DNA of 38,016 bases from Myxococcota bacterium (GTDB lineage: Bacteria; Myxococcota_A; UBA9160; UBA4427): assembly GCA_039187915.1 (NCBI GenBank), contig JBCCZJ010000002.1, forward strand, positions 1 to 38,016, read 5' to 3'. Below the pieces are notes generated by a model. That model made no database searches, was not told the DNA's origin, and saw only the letters and a program-made list of their open reading frames with translations. Positions 8,166 to 16,322 of the stretch are shown piece by piece. Both the position numbers and the translations under genes were made by a program. How positions within the stretch are numbered: the stretch's first letter is position 1; each line of letters opens with the position of its first letter.

Positions 8166-9941
8166 TCAGGGGCGATCCGAGGATCGCGAGGGCGGCGTCG
8201 GCGGCAGCCAGCCGTCCAGGGAAACTTCGGCGTCGGGTCGCTCGCGACCCTGGTTCCAGATCCCGTCCACGCGTCCGGAGGTCGCGCGCAGCTCGTCGTC
8301 CCAGACGCCGGAGCCCACGACCATCGGTCGCAGCAGGATCACGAGCTCGGTCTGGCTACTCGCGAGGCGCGAGTGCTCGAAGAGGCGGCCGAGCCACGGA
8401 ATCCGGCCGATCCAGGGCACGCCGGACGTCTCGTCCCGGGCGTCGTTCTGGATGAGTCCGCCGATGACGACGATCTGCCCGCTCTTCGCGCGGACGATGC
8501 TGTCCGATTCCCGGATGCTCGAGAACGCGAGCGGCAGCTCCAGGGTCTCGTCGGCGACGGTGAACGACTTGGTCTGATCGACGACCTCGGTGATCGCGGG
8601 GTGGACGTGGAGGATGACCTCGTCCGCGTCGCTGATCTGCGGCGTGACGTCGAGCGCGATGCCCGAGAAGAAGGGCGTGAGCGTGACGTTCGGGGTCGAC
8701 GTCGTGGCGGTGCCCGTGACGGTGGTCGTCGAGACTTCGGTCACGAAGAACTCGTCGCTCCCGACCTTGATCACGGCCTTCTGGTTGTTGACCGTCGAGA
8801 TGCGCGGGTTGGACAGGGTCCGGACCTTGCCCTGCGTCTCGAGCAGCTCGATGAAGGCGCTGAACTTGTCCGCCTGGATCGCCAGGGAGAAGACGCCGCC
8901 GAAGGCGCTGCCCGCGGTGCCGGCGAGCAGATCCTCGAGCGGCGGACCGATGTTCTGGCTCGAGCCGCGGCTGTCGCTGAAGCCGTTCTCGAAGACCGAG
9001 CCACCTCCGGTCTGGCCGACGACGGCGTCGGTGCCGTTCTGCGTGACCATCTTGGCCCAGTTGATCCCGGACTGGAATCCGTCGGCGAGCGTGACCTCGA
9101 GGATCTTCGCTTCGAGGATCACGACCCGGTTCAGATTCGCTTCGGCCCAGCGCAGGTACTCCGCGACCTTCGACTGCTCCTTCGGAAAGGCGCGCACGAC
9201 GAGGAGTCCCGCGTTCGGGCTCGCGTAGACGGAGCGCCCTTCGCCTTCCCCCACGATCGAGCGGATGCTCTCCATGATCTCGTTCCAGAGATCGGTCTCA
9301 CTCGCCGTCTGGACGCGGCTCCCGGCGAGAGCCGGCTGGCCGCCCTGGTCGAGGACGCCGGTCTCCGCGACGTCGCCATTCATCACGTCCGAGATCTGTC
9401 CGGCGCTCACCCGCGTCTCGGAGCTGCCGGATCGCTGGAGGTTCAGGTAGTCGAGGTGGAACACGCGCGTCCGCAGGCCCGCCGGCAGGACGAGGAAACC
9501 CGAGCGGGTGCGCTCGTAGCCGAATCCGTAGGCCTGTTGGAGCGTGTCGAGGACCTCTTCGACGGTCACGTCGCGAAGCGAGAGCGAGATCTCGCCGCCG
9601 ACGCCCGGGGCGAGGGCGACGCTGTAGGGCGTGTCCTCGACGAGGCTCATGAAGAACTGACGCGCTTCCGCGCGGTCGACGGTCACGTCGAAGCGGGGCT
9701 CCGGCGCGCGCTCTGGATCGTCGCCTCGGGTCGGCAGATCGAGCGGCGGCAGCAGCGCGTCCGAGACCTCCGCCGGGATCGCGGGATGGGCCGGCGGCGG
9801 CGGAGCCGTCGTCGCAGCCTCCGGAGGTCCTTCGGGCGCGGACGGGCGCGAAGCGGCGCAGGCGCTCACCGAGAAGACGAGCGCGACGAGACCCAGGAGG
9901 ACGACGGCGTTCGAGAAGCGTTTTCGGGCGGTCCGGTTCAT
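8166..9941 (-). CDS. mshL: Secretin (GspD/PilQ family) lipoprotein MshL
   Basis: Internal ATG at 9941 (MNRTARKRFSNAVVLLGLVALVFSVSAC, lipobox VSAC) makes an ATGA overlap with the mshK stop. The C-terminal secretin core reads NPRISTVNNQKAVIKVG...SGVPWIGRIPWLGRLF...ELVILLRP. The 137-codon upstream extension in the track is Arg-rich junk. Confidence 0.9.
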   Translation of the reverse strand: MNRTARKRFSNAVVLLGLVALVFSVSACAASRPSAPEGPPEAATTAPPPPAHPAIPAEVSDALLPPLDLPTRGDDPERAPEPRFDVTVDRAEARQFFMSLVEDTPYSVALAPGVGGEISLSLRDVTVEEVLDTLQQAYGFGYERTRSGFLVLPAGLRTRVFHLDYLNLQRSGSSETRVSAGQISDVMNGDVAETGVLDQGGQPALAGSRVQTASETDLWNEIMESIRSIVGEGEGRSVYASPNAGLLVVRAFPKEQSKVAEYLRWAEANLNRVVILEAKILEVTLADGFQSGINWAKMVTQNGTDAVVGQTGGGSVFENGFSDSRGSSQNIGPPLEDLLAGTAGSAFGGVFSLAIQADKFSAFIELLETQGKVRTLSNPRISTVNNQKAVIKVGSDEFFVTEVSTTTVTGTATTSTPNVTLTPFFSGIALDVTPQISDADEVILHVHPAITEVVDQTKSFTVADETLELPLAFSSIRESDSIVRAKSGQIVVIGGLIQNDARDETSGVPWIGRIPWLGRLFEHSRLASSQTELVILLRPMVVGSGVWDDELRATSGRVDGIWNQGRERPDAEVSLDGWLPPTPPSRSSDRP

Positions 9942-10378
9942 CGATGGGATCCTTCTTCCGGCGGCGCGGGCGCGGCCGGCAGATCGGAGAGCGCGGGCGG
10001 GACGCGGTCCCGCTCCGCGAGCGTCGAGGGGGGCGAGGGGCGCTTCACGTCGGTCTCGACCAGTCGCAGCTCGATCGTCTCGCCGTCCCTGCGGAGGGAC
10101 ACGCGGTCGCGTTCGATCCGCACTACGCGCGCCGATTGCAGCCGGTCGTCGACGCGGAGTCGCTCTCCGTTGATGATCGCGACCCGACGCCCTTCGGCGA
10201 AGAAGACGGCCTGGAGCTCGAGGGGGGCCTCGTTCTGCCGAGCCTCGGTCGCGGCCCGCGCGGTCGTGAAGTCGGGCGGGCGCGTCGGATCCGACGACGG
10301 ACCGGCGACGGCGAGGCCCGCGGCGAGGCTCGTGAGCGCGAGCCCGATCCATCCCCAGGAGGGCATTCGGTCAGACAC
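9938..10378 (-). CDS. mshK: MshK-like small pilus biogenesis protein
   Basis: 146 aa with a signal/TM segment WGWIGLALTSLAAGLAVAG and the pattern RRVAIINGERLRVDD...VVRIERDRVSL. GTG at 10378 lies 9 nt after AGGAGG. Position between mshJ and mshL. Confidence 0.6.
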   Translation of the reverse strand: MSDRMPSWGWIGLALTSLAAGLAVAGPSSDPTRPPDFTTARAATEARQNEAPLELQAVFFAEGRRVAIINGERLRVDDRLQSARVVRIERDRVSLRRDGETIELRLVETDVKRPSPPSTLAERDRVPPALSDLPAAPAPPEEGSHR

Positions 10379-11063
10379 CGATCCATTCCTCCTGCTCGCT
10401 CACGGTGTGAAGCTCGATCGTGACGCGCGCCGACGGATACTCGGCGACGCGATATTCGAGCCGGTCCCAGAGCAGGTGCCACGGGGAGCGCTCGACGGCT
10501 TCGATGTACTCGACGGTCGCCGCGAAGCTGCCCTCGATTTCGACCCGGAGACCGTGTCGATAGAGGCTGCCGGTCGCGTCCAGCAGGCCGGACTCGGATT
10601 CGTGGAGCGCGCCGGAGCCGACGCGATGGGGGGGCTCGCTCGTGATCCGTACCAGGCGCAGGTCGCCGAAGGGCGCGAGCATCTCTTCGAGGACCGACAC
10701 GATCGCCTCCGGCGGGACGAGCTCTTCGATCTCGGAGGCGATCTCGCGATTCACCAGCGCGAGCTCCTCCTCGGCCTGGCGTCGTCGTCGGAGGAGGTCG
10801 AGCTCCTCGGGTGAGAGCTCCACGCGTTCGAGGGCTTCGCGATCCCGTTCGAGGCGGCCGATCTCTTCCTCGGTGACGGCGGTCAGGTGACGGATGCGCT
10901 CCCGTTCGGTCGCGATCGGCTGGATCAGCGTGGTGTCGAAAGCGAAAAAGAGCAGCGCGGCGAGCCCGCCGCCCAGGATCAGGCGCTCCCGAAGCGCACG
11001 CGCCCGGAACAGCGTGTCGAGTTCGAGGAAGCGCTGGTGGAGCCGATTCAAGAGGCGGGTCAT
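10371..11063 (-). CDS. mshJ: MshJ (PilO-like) pilus biogenesis protein
   Basis: 230 aa with an N-terminal TM segment (LILGGGLAALLFFAF), a coiled coil, then a PilO-like C-terminus. ATGA overlap with the mshI stop. Confidence 0.65.
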   Translation of the reverse strand: MTRLLNRLHQRFLELDTLFRARALRERLILGGGLAALLFFAFDTTLIQPIATERERIRHLTAVTEEEIGRLERDREALERVELSPEELDLLRRRRQAEEELALVNREIASEIEELVPPEAIVSVLEEMLAPFGDLRLVRITSEPPHRVGSGALHESESGLLDATGSLYRHGLRVEIEGSFAATVEYIEAVERSPWHLLWDRLEYRVAEYPSARVTIELHTVSEQEEWIGV

Positions 11064-12739
11064 CGCGCGTTCCCTCCCTCTTCGAGGGCGGAGAGCAGTG
11101 CCGCCGCGTCGGGGGCGGGCGCGGCGGGATCCGGACTCGCGCCGTCCTCCTCTTCGTCGCGCACGTTCTCGTCGAGGGTCGCGAGCCGAAAGGCGAGAGA
11201 CTGGTCTGGCCGGTCGGACCGCTCGAGCAGGAAGGTGCGAAAGCGTCGCGAGGCGAAGCCGGCTTCCCGTCCGAGCCGCCGCAGGTACTCCGGGATCCGG
11301 TCGGCGACCAGCGTTCGGCCCTCCAGGCGGATCGCGTCGCCGCCCTGCGAGAAGACGATCCGCTCGAGCCAGACGGCCTCGAGGTCCTGACGCGCGAGTC
11401 CACCGAGCAGGCGCGAGAACGAGGCGTCGCGCCGCGAGGTGCGCTGGGTCATGTCGCGCAGCATCGAGGCGCGCGCGTTGCGCTCCTGGGTCAGTTGCAC
11501 GATCTCCGCTTCCGGGTCGACCGAAGCGGCCGCGGCGATCGCCTGCTCAGTCCGTTCCTCGATCTCGTCGACGAGCGCGTCGCGGTCGGTCTCCAGCGCC
11601 AGCAGCTTCGTGTCCTCGCGGTCGAGCTGGAAGCTGCCCCAGCCGTAGACGGCTCCGAGGAGGGCCAGGATGGCTGCGGCGGCGCGGAACACGGAGGCGA
11701 GGCCGAACCCGCCCTGGCTCGAGCGGAAGGCGGCCGGCAGCAGCGCGCGGCCGATCCGGTCGGACTGCATGGCGGTCGAGCCCGCGGCGAGGGCGAGCAC
11801 GAGCTGGAGATCCTGTGGCGGCGTCTCGCGGAAGGCGAAGTAGTGGTCGACGTCGTAGGACTCGACCTGGATCGGACGCAGTGCTTCGGCCAGCGCCGGC
11901 TCGAGCGGCGCCATGTCGATGGTCGAGGGGAGGAGCATCAGACGCGAGACGGGCGCCTGTCCGTACTCGCTCTCGTAGAAGTCGAAGGAGCGCTGCACGT
12001 CGAGGAGGAGCGGGTCGATGCTCCCCATGATCGACGGGTCGGTGGGGTCGGCCACGCCGATCGCGGTGGTCGCGGCCGCGTCGATCTGGTCGAAGTCGGC
12101 GTGGAGCTTGCGCGTCAGGTAGAGATGATGGTCGTGCCCGATCGTGAGCACGTTGGACTTCGGGTGGAAGCGGAGCACCGCGCTGCCGCCGACGACTTCG
12201 GGCATGCGTTCATCGAGGGCCAGCATCGTCGATTCGACGATCTCGAATCCGAGCACGCGGAGGCCGGCGCCATCGATCACGTGCGCGAGGTCGAGGATCG
12301 GTCCGTTCCGAGCCGCCACCACGAACATGTGCGGCGTGCGGCCGCGGCTCGCGTCTTCGGGCAGGGTGAGCGTCGCGACCTCCGCGGTCTCGACGTCGAA
12401 CTCGATCAGGTCCCGGATCAACCAGCGGGTCGCGTCGGCGAGGTCCTCGTCCGGCACGTTGACCGGCCGCTCGACGAGGCGAAGGCTGTAGTCGTCGGGG
12501 TGGAGGGTGCAGCGACAGCTGCGTCCGGCGAGCTGATGGCGATCGACGAAGGCGGTCAGTCCGTTCTGGAGATCGCCGGGATTCGAGTAGGGAATCGTCT
12601 CCCAGGCGTGGACCTGCGGGCGGCCCCGGTCGTCCTCGCCCTCGCAGTAGACCGCGGTGACTTCGAGGGATCCGACCACGAGGCCGACGGAGGCCTTCTC
12701 GACCTCGTCCGTCTTCGATTCTCGCTTCCAGAACGCCAA
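11060..12739 (-). CDS. mshI: MshI (PilM-like N-terminal part fused to a PilN-like TM and coiled-coil part)
   Basis: First gene of the msh secretory block. Start is uncertain. TTG at 12739 (LAFWKRESK...) follows GGGGAG. The track start at 12835 adds 32 Arg/Cys-rich residues that look non-coding. Confidence 0.7.
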   Translation of the reverse strand: MAFWKRESKTDEVEKASVGLVVGSLEVTAVYCEGEDDRGRPQVHAWETIPYSNPGDLQNGLTAFVDRHQLAGRSCRCTLHPDDYSLRLVERPVNVPDEDLADATRWLIRDLIEFDVETAEVATLTLPEDASRGRTPHMFVVAARNGPILDLAHVIDGAGLRVLGFEIVESTMLALDERMPEVVGGSAVLRFHPKSNVLTIGHDHHLYLTRKLHADFDQIDAAATTAIGVADPTDPSIMGSIDPLLLDVQRSFDFYESEYGQAPVSRLMLLPSTIDMAPLEPALAEALRPIQVESYDVDHYFAFRETPPQDLQLVLALAAGSTAMQSDRIGRALLPAAFRSSQGGFGLASVFRAAAAILALLGAVYGWGSFQLDREDTKLLALETDRDALVDEIEERTEQAIAAAASVDPEAEIVQLTQERNARASMLRDMTQRTSRRDASFSRLLGGLARQDLEAVWLERIVFSQGGDAIRLEGRTLVADRIPEYLRRLGREAGFASRRFRTFLLERSDRPDQSLAFRLATLDENVRDEEEDGASPDPAAPAPDAAALLSALEEGGNAR

Positions 12740-13018
12740 TGTGGTCCGGCTCCCCGCGCGCCCCGCGGCCGAATGGCCTCCCGGGCGTTGGACTCCACGC
12801 CGGACGCACGCGCAGCGCGCGCAGGCCCGGTGCAATGGAGTTGGACTCTTTGGCGTTTAACGGAAGTTGCGTTCGAAAGTTGAGAAGTTGTGCACGCGTG
12901 TCACCCCGCTTGCGCGTGTCCACCGACCGGGACGCGCGGCGTCGGGGGAAGACCGGAGCGACGGAAGGAGATCCACGGCGTACGCGGTGGGGAGGGACCC
13001 CGAGCCGAGACCCGGGAT

Positions 13019-14416
13019 CTACCGGAAGGCCGTTCCCGCGTCGAAGCGGACGGCCTTCTTGCGCTCCCCGGACTCGGTGAAGGTCAGCAGCCATCCGTGT
13101 TGGAGGCCGGCGTCGAACTCGGCCTGCGCGCGCACGGCGCCGGACGGATAGAAGCGCGTCCAGACGCCGACCCGGAGGCCGTCCCGGTACTCCCCGACCT
13201 GTTCGGGCTTCCCGCCCTCGAAGTAGCGCGCGTACCAGCCGTGGCGGAGGCCGCCGTACTGCGCGAGCTGCTGGCACCACTCCTCGTCGCCCTTCTCGCC
13301 CTCGCGGGAGCGAAGCTCGGTGCCGGTCGGGCAGTCTTCGGCGACCCGGACGGCGAAGGGGCGGGACGGTGCACCGCTCGCGCCCGGCGCCGGCGCGGCC
13401 GGGAGGGCAGCGCCTCGCGACGGCGTCGGCTTCTTCGCGCCGAGCGTGAGCGAGCCGCCGCGGCGCGCGTTCGGGTTGCTCGCAAACTCGATCTCCGCCT
13501 CGACGCGATTCAGATGATGGGCGAGCTCTTCGTAGGTCGCGGCATCGAGGTCGCCGTTCAGCGCCTGGAGCTCCGTCCGGATGTTGCGCACGAGCGCGAG
13601 CGCACGCACGCGATGGTCGTGCACGCGCAGGTTCTCGGGTGCGGTCAGGGAGTCGAGCTTCTCGAAGCGGCCCGTCACCTCGAAGAGCGCCCGGATCGTC
13701 CGGTCGTCCTGCTGCGCAGCGCCGCCGGAGTCTGGGACGCCGGACGGGGGCAGCGCGGCGGCCTGCTGCGCCGCGAGGGTCTCCGGACCGTCCTGGCCCT
13801 GGGCTTCCAGCGCCTCGAGCTCGGCCCTCTGCTCGGCCACGACCGCCTCTTCGAACGCGACCCTCATCTCCTCGAGCGTCTCTTCGTCGAGGTGCTTCGC
13901 CACGTAGATCCCGGGCAGGATCAGGGCGAGAGAGAGCACGGCGGCGGCGGCGAGTCCGCCTCGATGGGGGCGTTCCCAGCCATCGTGGAAGGCCAGGACC
14001 CAGGTCGCGAGGATGTTCAGCAGGGGGAGGGCGAGCAACAGGCCGAAGGCCGGCGGCAGGGCCCGGCGTTCGGCGACGCGCCAGCCGATCCAGCACGAGA
14101 GACCGAAGAAGTAGAGATCGCCCGCCCAGCCTGCGACGGAGGTCAACACCGCCCCGAGGCCGTCTTCGCCGAGCGCGCCGCCCGCGAAGCCGAGCAGGAA
14201 GGCGGCGAGGAGGACGCCGATCGTCATCGTGACGACCTGCCGGAGCTGGGCGCCCGCAGCCCAGACGAGCGGGGCGAACTGCAGGATCGGGATCCAGGCC
14301 AGGACCTCCGCCGTGTCGGACTGATCCGTCTTCCGCGCGATCACGGAGGTCGGATGACCCATCACGAAGAGGGAGAAGACGAGGAGGCCGACGACGAGGG
14401 CGATGGCGATTTCCAT
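13019..14416 (-). CDS. Uncharacterised polytopic membrane protein with C-terminal MORN/YwqK-type repeats
   Basis: Internal ATG at 14416 (MEIAIALVVGLLVFSLFVMG). Several hydrophobic segments in the first ~190 aa, a Glu/Ala-rich helical middle, and a C-terminus GLRHGWYARYFEGGKPEQVGEYRDGLRVGVWTRFYPSG...GLQHGWLLTF. The track extension up to 15040 is Arg-rich junk antisense to the next gene. Confidence 0.6.
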   Translation of the reverse strand: MEIAIALVVGLLVFSLFVMGHPTSVIARKTDQSDTAEVLAWIPILQFAPLVWAAGAQLRQVVTMTIGVLLAAFLLGFAGGALGEDGLGAVLTSVAGWAGDLYFFGLSCWIGWRVAERRALPPAFGLLLALPLLNILATWVLAFHDGWERPHRGGLAAAAVLSLALILPGIYVAKHLDEETLEEMRVAFEEAVVAEQRAELEALEAQGQDGPETLAAQQAAALPPSGVPDSGGAAQQDDRTIRALFEVTGRFEKLDSLTAPENLRVHDHRVRALALVRNIRTELQALNGDLDAATYEELAHHLNRVEAEIEFASNPNARRGGSLTLGAKKPTPSRGAALPAAPAPGASGAPSRPFAVRVAEDCPTGTELRSREGEKGDEEWCQQLAQYGGLRHGWYARYFEGGKPEQVGEYRDGLRVGVWTRFYPSGAVRAQAEFDAGLQHGWLLTFTESGERKKAVRFDAGTAFR

Positions 14417-14544
14417 TCGAAACGAATCGACCGAACGGCGATGCAGGTTTATCCCTACGGGATGCCACCGGCAAGCGTCGGGCCAAGTCCCGGTCGGCGC
14501 GCGATGAAATCCCGATTCGCCCCCGATAGAGTTGCGCGCACGCG

Positions 14545-15690
14545 ATGCTGCCCCTCCCGCCGATCCACGCCGCCGTCCGCGCGCTCGTCCTGCTCTCGGC
14601 GGTGGCGATCGCGGGTGTCGCCTGCCGTCCCCCGGCCTTCGACTTCGGCCTGGGCGAACCGCGGACGCAGGTGGCCGACGGTTGGCGCGCGATGGGCACC
14701 GAATTCGCCGCGGATCTTCGCCTCCCGCCCAGAGAGGTCGACGACGCCCGGGTCTGGCTCGACGCGCAGCGCGCCGAGATCGCCCGCCTCGAGTCGATCT
14801 ACTCGAGACACGTGGACGCGAGCGCGCTCTCCGCGTTGAATGCGGCGCTGCGCGAGCGCGACGTGCTGCGCAGCGGCGCTCGGATCGGCCCCGAACTCGA
14901 GGCGATCCTCTTCGAAGCCCTCGAGATCTGGGAGGGCAGCGCGGGCGCCTTCGACCCGACCGTCGGCCCGCTGGTCGACCTCTGGGCCGAAGCGGCTCGG
15001 CGCGGGACCTTCCCGGGGCTCGAACGCGTCCGGGCGACACGCCGGCGTGTCGGAGCGCAGAGCCTGCTCTTGCCGGGCGAGGGCGTCGTCGGCGTCACCC
15101 TCGAAGGGGTCCAGCTCGACCTCGACGGACTGGCGCGGGGCGTCGTGCTCGATCGCATCGGCGCCGACTTCCGGGCGACGTTCCCGAACGCCGCGGCGCT
15201 CCTCCGCTTCGGCGAACGCAGCGTCTTCGCGATCGGCGACCCCGATGGGCGGGCCCGCGGTGGCGGCTGGCGGCTCGAAGTGCGTTCGCGCGACGATCGG
15301 CGGACGCGGCTCGCGACGATCCAGCTCCGGGACCTCGCGATGTCGGTCAGCTCGAGCCTCGAGGAGACGCGCGAGATCGGCGCGACGCGCGTCTCGAAGG
15401 TCATCGACCCGCGGACGGCGGTCGCGGTCGAACGCGCGGTCGAGGCGGTGGTCGTCTCGCCTCGCGCCGGGCTGGCGGACGGCTGGAGCACGGCGCTGCT
15501 GGTGCTCGGCGCCCAGCGCGAGTCCATGCGGCTCGTCGATCGTGCGGAGCTGGAGGCCTACGTCTTCGAGAAGGCGGGGCGGATCGCCGCGAGCGAGGGA
15601 TGGGAGACGCTCGAAGCCGAGCCGGCGCCGCGGGCGCCCGTGGAGGCGGGGCCGGGGATCCGACCGGTCGGGCTCGATCCGGCGCCGTGA
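14545..15690 (+). CDS. ApbE-family (FAD:protein FMN transferase-like) paralog, divergent
   Basis: ApbE hallmarks are present: AMGT, FDPTVGPLVDLW, DLDGLARG and VIDPRT. Key positions differ from the canonical copy at 17090..18217 (see findings). Has an N-terminal signal with a possible lipobox ...IAGVAC. Confidence 0.7.
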   Translation: MLPLPPIHAAVRALVLLSAVAIAGVACRPPAFDFGLGEPRTQVADGWRAMGTEFAADLRLPPREVDDARVWLDAQRAEIARLESIYSRHVDASALSALNAALRERDVLRSGARIGPELEAILFEALEIWEGSAGAFDPTVGPLVDLWAEAARRGTFPGLERVRATRRRVGAQSLLLPGEGVVGVTLEGVQLDLDGLARGVVLDRIGADFRATFPNAAALLRFGERSVFAIGDPDGRARGGGWRLEVRSRDDRRTRLATIQLRDLAMSVSSSLEETREIGATRVSKVIDPRTAVAVERAVEAVVVSPRAGLADGWSTALLVLGAQRESMRLVDRAELEAYVFEKAGRIAASEGWETLEAEPAPRAPVEAGPGIRPVGLDPAP

Positions 15691-15718
15691 CCCGCGTCCC
15701 GGGCAGCGCCGGAACGGA

Positions 15719-15895
15719 TCAGCGCTCGACCCCTTCGGCGAGCGCGCAGTCCCGGCGCACCTTCTCGCTGCAGCTGCACGCGCGCCCCGTCCCGCCGCAC
15801 GAGCCCTTCAGCTCGCGATTCGAGAAGATCACGCCCACCGCCATGGCGGCCATGGCGAGGCCGAAGAACACGATCGTGGCGAGCAGGGTCTGCAT
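15719..15895 (-). CDS. nqrM: NqrM (DUF539) Na+-NQR maturation protein, 58 aa; not in the supplied ORF track
   Basis: Own translation: [58 protein letters not shown]. One TM helix followed by the GSCGG...CxC...C pattern characteristic of NqrM. Third codon positions are almost all G/C, as in neighbouring genes. Confidence 0.75.
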   Translation of the reverse strand: MQTLLATIVFFGLAMAAMAVGVIFSNRELKGSCGGTGRACSCSEKVRRDCALAEGVER

Positions 15896-16322
15896 GGGAT
15901 CTCGTGGGGGGCAGGGCGAACACCTGGCCCCGAGAGGCTACCGCGGATGATCGGCGCCCGCGAAGGAACGAAGGGTTGCGCCTACCCGGTTTCGACCGGA
16001 GGGGGCGCGCGGTTGAGTCCGAGTTCGCCGAGCGCGGCCCGGAGTCCGGAGGGCCGGGCATCCGGTTGCATAGGCTGGCCGAAAGCGGAACGGGTCGGCG
16101 TGTGGACGAAGGAGCGGGAGGCGGACCCGCCGAAGGCCTGCCTCGATCAAAGGGAGGGGCGGGGGAGCAGCGGAAGCGCGGGAAGCGGATTCGTCAGGCG
16201 ATCCGTCGACCCTGCAGCGGTTCGTCGAGGGGGTCCGCCAGGGCCTGCTCGATCGTCCGGGACGCCCTGGCGGTGATCCCGCATGGCCTGGGCTTCGCGG
16301 AGCGCGCGCCCTCGCCGCCCGC

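Noticed and set aside
9942-10352. N-terminal extensions of track ORFs: secretin to 10352, MORN protein to 15040, mshE N-terminal part to 6151, YjbR-like gene to 17927, and hotdog genes to 27911 and 29478
   Set aside because: The extensions are Arg-rich and overlap the preceding gene in another frame. Internal starts give canonical N-termini (signal peptide and lipobox, MIRKKVRIGELL, and so on), with ATGA/GTGA coupling or an RBS.
2653-14839. Very long plus-strand ORFs (2653..4659, 3710..5701, 6215..7228, 8373..10814, 10894..12030, 11495..12883, 12890..14839), and similar ones later such as 32152..34464 and 16703..18322
   Set aside because: Each lies antisense to a gene with clear family motifs. 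Their translations are Arg/Gly/Asp/Pro-rich with no hydrophobic cores or motifs. This is typical of stop-poor shadow frames in high-GC DNA.
15947-16276. 109-aa plus-strand ORF (MIGAREGTKGCAYPV...) in the yjbR-nqrM spacer
   Set aside because: The product is Gly/Arg/Ser/Pro-rich with no hydrophobic segments. Third-position G/C is lower than in neighbouring real genes. I recognise no motif.
15896-16322. Known structured RNAs (RNase P, SRP/4.5S, tmRNA, cobalamin, c-di-GMP GEMM, ZTP, fluoride) in the three long non-coding regions (15896..16322, 24369..25207, 30581..31343)
   Set aside because: I could not find the hallmark conserved strings of these families on either strand. There are only partial, GC-driven resemblances, for example GGCGGACCCGCC near 16110 versus the ZTP pseudoknot. 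A covariance-model scan is needed for a definitive answer.
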